10,459 nucleotides of DNA. It comes from Arcobacter sp. Its GTDB lineage: Bacteria > Campylobacterota > Campylobacteria > Campylobacterales > Arcobacteraceae. The stretch lies in assembly GCA_965662175.1 (NCBI GenBank), contig CBFIGT010000078.1, positions 1 to 10,459 of the forward strand, given 5' to 3'. Made by a program: the position numbers and the translations under genes. The notes beneath the pieces are model-generated. The model was not told where the DNA came from and made no database searches. It saw nothing but the letters and a program-made list of their open reading frames with translations. Below are positions 7,102-10,459 of the stretch, in pieces (position 1 is the first letter of the stretch; each line of letters begins with the position of its first letter).

Positions 7102-8283
7102 ATGGTTGAAAATATAGATAAAGAGTATGTATTAAACACTTATGCAAGAAACTATGTTAATTTTATAAAAGGTGTAAACGCTACACTTTATGATGACAAA
7201 GGTAAAGATTATATTGATTTCACTTCAGGTATTGGAGTTGTAGCTGTTGGACATGGTAATAAAAGAGTTGCTGATGCTATTTGTAAACAAGTAAACAACA
7301 TCACACATATTTCAAACCTTTATGCAATTGAACCACAAGCTTTATTGGCTAAAAAAATAGCTGAATTAAGTGGTTACAATGTAGCTACTTTTTTTGCAAA
7401 TAGTGGAGCTGAAGCAAATGAAGGGGCTATTAAAATAGCTAGAAAATATGGACAAACAAAATTCAACAATAAAAGATATAAAGTTATTACATTAGAGCAC
7501 TCTTTTCATGGAAGAACAATTACAACTGTAAAAGCAACTGGTCAAGATAAGTTTCACTCACCAAACTTTTCACCATATCCTGATGGTTTTTCATATAATA
7601 AACAGATAAATGATATTTATACATCAATTGATGATGAAACTATTGCTGTTATGTTAGAGCTTGTTCAAGGAGAGGGAGGAGTTCAACCTTTTCCTAAAGA
7701 GGAGATTCAAAAACTAGCTAAATTTTTAAAAGAGAAAGAGATTTTATTAATTGTTGATGAAGTTCAAACAGGTATTTTTAGATCAGGAGAGTTTTTAGCT
7801 TCAAATCTTTATGAAATCGAGCCTGATATTATTACTATGGCAAAAGGTTTAGGTGGTGGAGTGCCAATTGGTGCTGTTTCAACTATCCATAAAGATATCT
7901 TTCAACCAGGTGACCATGGTTCTACTTTTGGTGGTAACTTTTTAGTAACAGCTGCCTCACTTGAGGTTTTAAATATTTTGGAAGAGTATAAAGATAAGGG
8001 TGCTTTAGATGAAGCAATTATCTATTTTGAATCAAAATTATCTTTGCTTTTTGAAAAATATCCAAATATTTTTACTAGTAAAGTTGGTCTTGGTTTAATG
8101 AGAGGATTAAGAGTTAAAGACGAAGAGACTTTGGGAAAAATAATCACAAATAGCTTTGATGAGGGTCTTTTAGTTTTAAAATCAGGAAGAAGTACTTTAA
8201 GATTACTTCCTATTTTAACTATTACAAAAGAAGAGCTTGATGATGGATTTAAAAGGTTAGATAATGCTATTAGCAAAATTTAA
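7102..8283 (+). CDS. argD: Acetylornithine aminotransferase (class III, PLP-dependent)
   Basis: YIDFTSGIGV, NSGAEANEGAIK, SFHGRT, ELVQGEGG, DEVQTG, PDIITMAKGLGGG (PLP Lys) and HGSTFGGN. Confidence 0.92.
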   Translation: MVENIDKEYVLNTYARNYVNFIKGVNATLYDDKGKDYIDFTSGIGVVAVGHGNKRVADAICKQVNNITHISNLYAIEPQALLAKKIAELSGYNVATFFANSGAEANEGAIKIARKYGQTKFNNKRYKVITLEHSFHGRTITTVKATGQDKFHSPNFSPYPDGFSYNKQINDIYTSIDDETIAVMLELVQGEGGVQPFPKEEIQKLAKFLKEKEILLIVDEVQTGIFRSGEFLASNLYEIEPDIITMAKGLGGGVPIGAVSTIHKDIFQPGDHGSTFGGNFLVTAASLEVLNILEEYKDKGALDEAIIYFESKLSLLFEKYPNIFTSKVGLGLMRGLRVKDEETLGKIITNSFDEGLLVLKSGRSTLRLLPILTITKEELDDGFKRLDNAISKI

Positions 8284-9457
8284 AATCTCTTTCGCCTCTC
8301 TTTTAGTTTTATCAACATTAGCAAATGCCAATGAAAATCAAACACTAGAAGAGAGCATCCTTTCAAAAGACAGATTAGATTTATTTGATTTATCTAAAAA
8401 GCAAATTGAAGAGGATAGTTCTAAACTAAAAAAAGATTGGATAAATCCAATTAACTATACTTATTCTAAAGTATATGGTGAGTTTTATGATACTGAAAAA
8501 TCTTATATTAGTATTGACCAACCTATATTTAAAACAGGTGGAATTTATAAGGCAATAAAATATGCAAATGCTTTAAAACTCTACTCTCATTTAGATATAA
8601 ACTTGCAAAAAAAAGCTTTAATAAAAGATACTACTACAATATTATTTAATATTCATAAACTAGAGCATCAAATAAAAAAGCTTGAACTCTTAATCAAAAA
8701 TGGACAAATTGATATTGAAAGAAAAAAAGAGCAAGTTTTAAATGGCTTTGCTGATACATCTTTACTTGACAATGCCATATTAGACACAAACACAAATAAA
8801 AACTCTTTAGCTGATTTAATTTATCAAAAAGAGGAGTTAATAAATCAATTTAATACCTATGCAAGTGGTGATTATAAAAGCTTTGATTTACCAGTATTTA
8901 AACTTATTGATGAAGATTCATTTATAAATAACAATTTAAATATCAAAAAAACAAAGGCTGATATAACTAGCAAAAATGATTACTCTTGGATGATTATTTC
9001 AAAATATCTTCCAACTATTAGTGCAACATTTGATTATACAAAATATCATGCAACAAATAACTCATCAATCACTTATGATGATGCCCAAAACTATGGTATA
9101 AAAGTAACTATGCCTCTTGATACAAGAACTTTTAATGATATTGAAAGTTCTAGAATTGATTATCTAAAAGCTAAACTTGATTTAAAAAATACTATTATAG
9201 AGCAAGAAAACTTCTTTAAAAGTAAACTATCAAAAATCAAAATGATTGATTCTAAAGTTACTATTGCAAAAGAGGATTATGAGTTATATAATTCATTACT
9301 TGACGTAATAATTGAAGAGAAAGATGCTGAAATTAAAACGCAAAGTGATGTTGAAACACTATTAAACTCTAAAAAAATCAAAGAATTAGATTTAAAAATT
9401 TATAACTTTGATAAACAAATAGAGTTGTTAGAAATTTATTCAAAGGTAACATTGTAA
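8264..9457 (+). CDS. TolC-family outer membrane efflux protein (divergent)
   Basis: Signal peptide ending LANA. Two repeats of helix plus beta-strand motifs (WINPINYTYS...IDQPIFKTGG; KYLPTISATFDY...YGIKVTMPLD) and long coiled-coil helices. Overlaps argD by 20 nt. Confidence 0.75.
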   Translation: MLLAKFKISFASLLVLSTLANANENQTLEESILSKDRLDLFDLSKKQIEEDSSKLKKDWINPINYTYSKVYGEFYDTEKSYISIDQPIFKTGGIYKAIKYANALKLYSHLDINLQKKALIKDTTTILFNIHKLEHQIKKLELLIKNGQIDIERKKEQVLNGFADTSLLDNAILDTNTNKNSLADLIYQKEELINQFNTYASGDYKSFDLPVFKLIDEDSFINNNLNIKKTKADITSKNDYSWMIISKYLPTISATFDYTKYHATNNSSITYDDAQNYGIKVTMPLDTRTFNDIESSRIDYLKAKLDLKNTIIEQENFFKSKLSKIKMIDSKVTIAKEDYELYNSLLDVIIEEKDAEIKTQSDVETLLNSKKIKELDLKIYNFDKQIELLEIYSKVTL

Positions 9458-9458
9458 T

Positions 9459-10151
9459 ATGCTTGAAAGAAGAGAAAAGAAAAAGAGTTTAATTTTAGCA
9501 ATTGTTGGAGTTTGGCTCTCCTCTATTTTACTTTTAAGCCTGTTTATCTCATCAAAATACTCTGCAAATAAAGAGGAGTTAAATTATATAGAAGAGATAT
9601 ATATAAATAATTTAAAAGATAAAATCAAAGATAGAATAGAAAATTTAGCAACCTTACTTACAACTACATACACTAATAAATATGAAGCAATTGAGTTTAT
9701 AGATAATTTAAAATTTGATGATGGTGGATATGTTTTTATTTTGGATGTAAATAAAACAATGCTTGTACACAAAAATAAAATGCTTACAAATGTCCCTTTT
9801 GAAACAATGACAGATAAAAGATATAAAGAAAATGTTAGCAATATAGTCTCTTCAGCCATAGAAAAGACTAATCTATTTATAAACTATAAACAGTCAAAAA
9901 CTGTTTTTAGTAGAGATGAAGAGTTAAATAAGATCTCTTATGTTAGACATATTCCCTCTTATAATTTTATCTTAGGAACAGGACTTTATGATAATGATAT
10001 TCAAAGAAATTTAAAAACTATAAAAGAGAAATTGGATGAAAAACTAAAAGAAGAGTTAGTGCATATGATTCTTTACTCTTTAGTTGTTATGTTTGGAACA
10101 ACTACTTTTTTAATTTTCTTTTCTTATTTTAATAAAAAAAGAAAAGTATAA
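9459..10151 (+). CDS. Stand-alone Cache-domain membrane protein (TM - Cache - TM, no cytoplasmic output domain)
   Basis: Cache motifs LKFDDGGYVFILD...MLVH and KISYVRHIPSYNFILGTGLY. Hydrophobic segments at both ends. Ends NKKRKV straight after TM2. Confidence 0.85.
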   Translation: MLERREKKKSLILAIVGVWLSSILLLSLFISSKYSANKEELNYIEEIYINNLKDKIKDRIENLATLLTTTYTNKYEAIEFIDNLKFDDGGYVFILDVNKTMLVHKNKMLTNVPFETMTDKRYKENVSNIVSSAIEKTNLFINYKQSKTVFSRDEELNKISYVRHIPSYNFILGTGLYDNDIQRNLKTIKEKLDEKLKEELVHMILYSLVVMFGTTTFLIFFSYFNKKRKV

Positions 10152-10152
10152 T
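10147..10152 (+). promoter_or_regulatory. Possible -10 box for the methyltransferase gene
   Basis: Perfect TATAAT overlapping the Cache gene stop codon, 9 nt before the ATG at 10162. No SD in between. Confidence 0.45.
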
Positions 10153-10161
10153 CTTTAACTT

Positions 10162-10459
10162 ATGAAAAAAGATAGCTTTAGTAATTATTTTAACTCATGG
10201 CTTTATGGCAATGGGGGATATTATACAAAATATAAAACGATAGGAAAAGATGGTGATTTTTTCACCTCTGTTTCCACTTCTATGTTTTTTGGTGGTTCTA
10301 TTGCTAAAAAAATTGTCGATACAATTAATAAAAACGAACTTCCAGCTAACACTACAATTTTAGAAATTGGAGCTCATCATGGCTATTTATTAGCTGATAT
10401 TATCCAATTTATTTATACTTTAAATCCAAAACTTTTAGATACTTTAAACTTTGCAATAG
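10162..10459 (+). CDS. SAM-dependent methyltransferase, MidA/NDUFAF7-like (5' part only, runs off the window; absent from the ORF track)
   Basis: Manual translation is open to the window end: MKKDSFSNYFNSWLYGNGGYYTKYKTIGKDGDFFTSVSTSMFFGGSIAKKIVDTINKNELPANTTILEIGAHHGYLLADIIQFIYTLNPKLLDTLNFAI. It shows the GYY...G..GDFFTS family signature and SAM motif I (LEIGAHHG). Confidence 0.9.
   Translation, partial: MKKDSFSNYFNSWLYGNGGYYTKYKTIGKDGDFFTSVSTSMFFGGSIAKKIVDTINKNELPANTTILEIGAHHGYLLADIIQFIYTLNPKLLDTLNFAI

Noticed and set aside
8022..8276. 84-aa minus-strand ORF
   Set aside because: Antisense shadow of the argD 3' end, Ser-rich as expected for that frame.
9584..9859. 91-aa minus-strand ORF
   Set aside because: Antisense to the Cache gene. 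Its hydrophobicity simply reflects the A-rich sense strand.

Overview
Very AT-rich window, probably from a Campylobacterota genome. Arcobacteraceae is inferred from gene content, the HQWRQP-type kinase H-box and TGnTATAAT promoters. The left end (1-~1200) looks like the right boundary of an integrative element. It holds a tyrosine integrase with a palindrome over its ribosome-binding site, then three tandem 11-bp arm-type repeats and an 8-bp inverted repeat that abuts the stop codon of a convergent double-Cache/PAS sensor histidine kinase. The rest looks chromosomal: a 146-aa hypothetical protein that resembles the ClpXP adaptor SspB, a LapG/BTLCP-type periplasmic cysteine protease, a pyrB-pabB-pabC operon on the minus strand, and a divergent argD - TolC-like - stand-alone Cache membrane protein - SAM methyltransferase (partial) cluster. 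The best leads are the putative att site at the 3' end of the kinase gene, the SspB-like protein, and the orphan LapG / TolC / output-less Cache sensor. No RNA genes or CRISPR arrays were seen. All calls come from reading motifs by eye; no searches were run.
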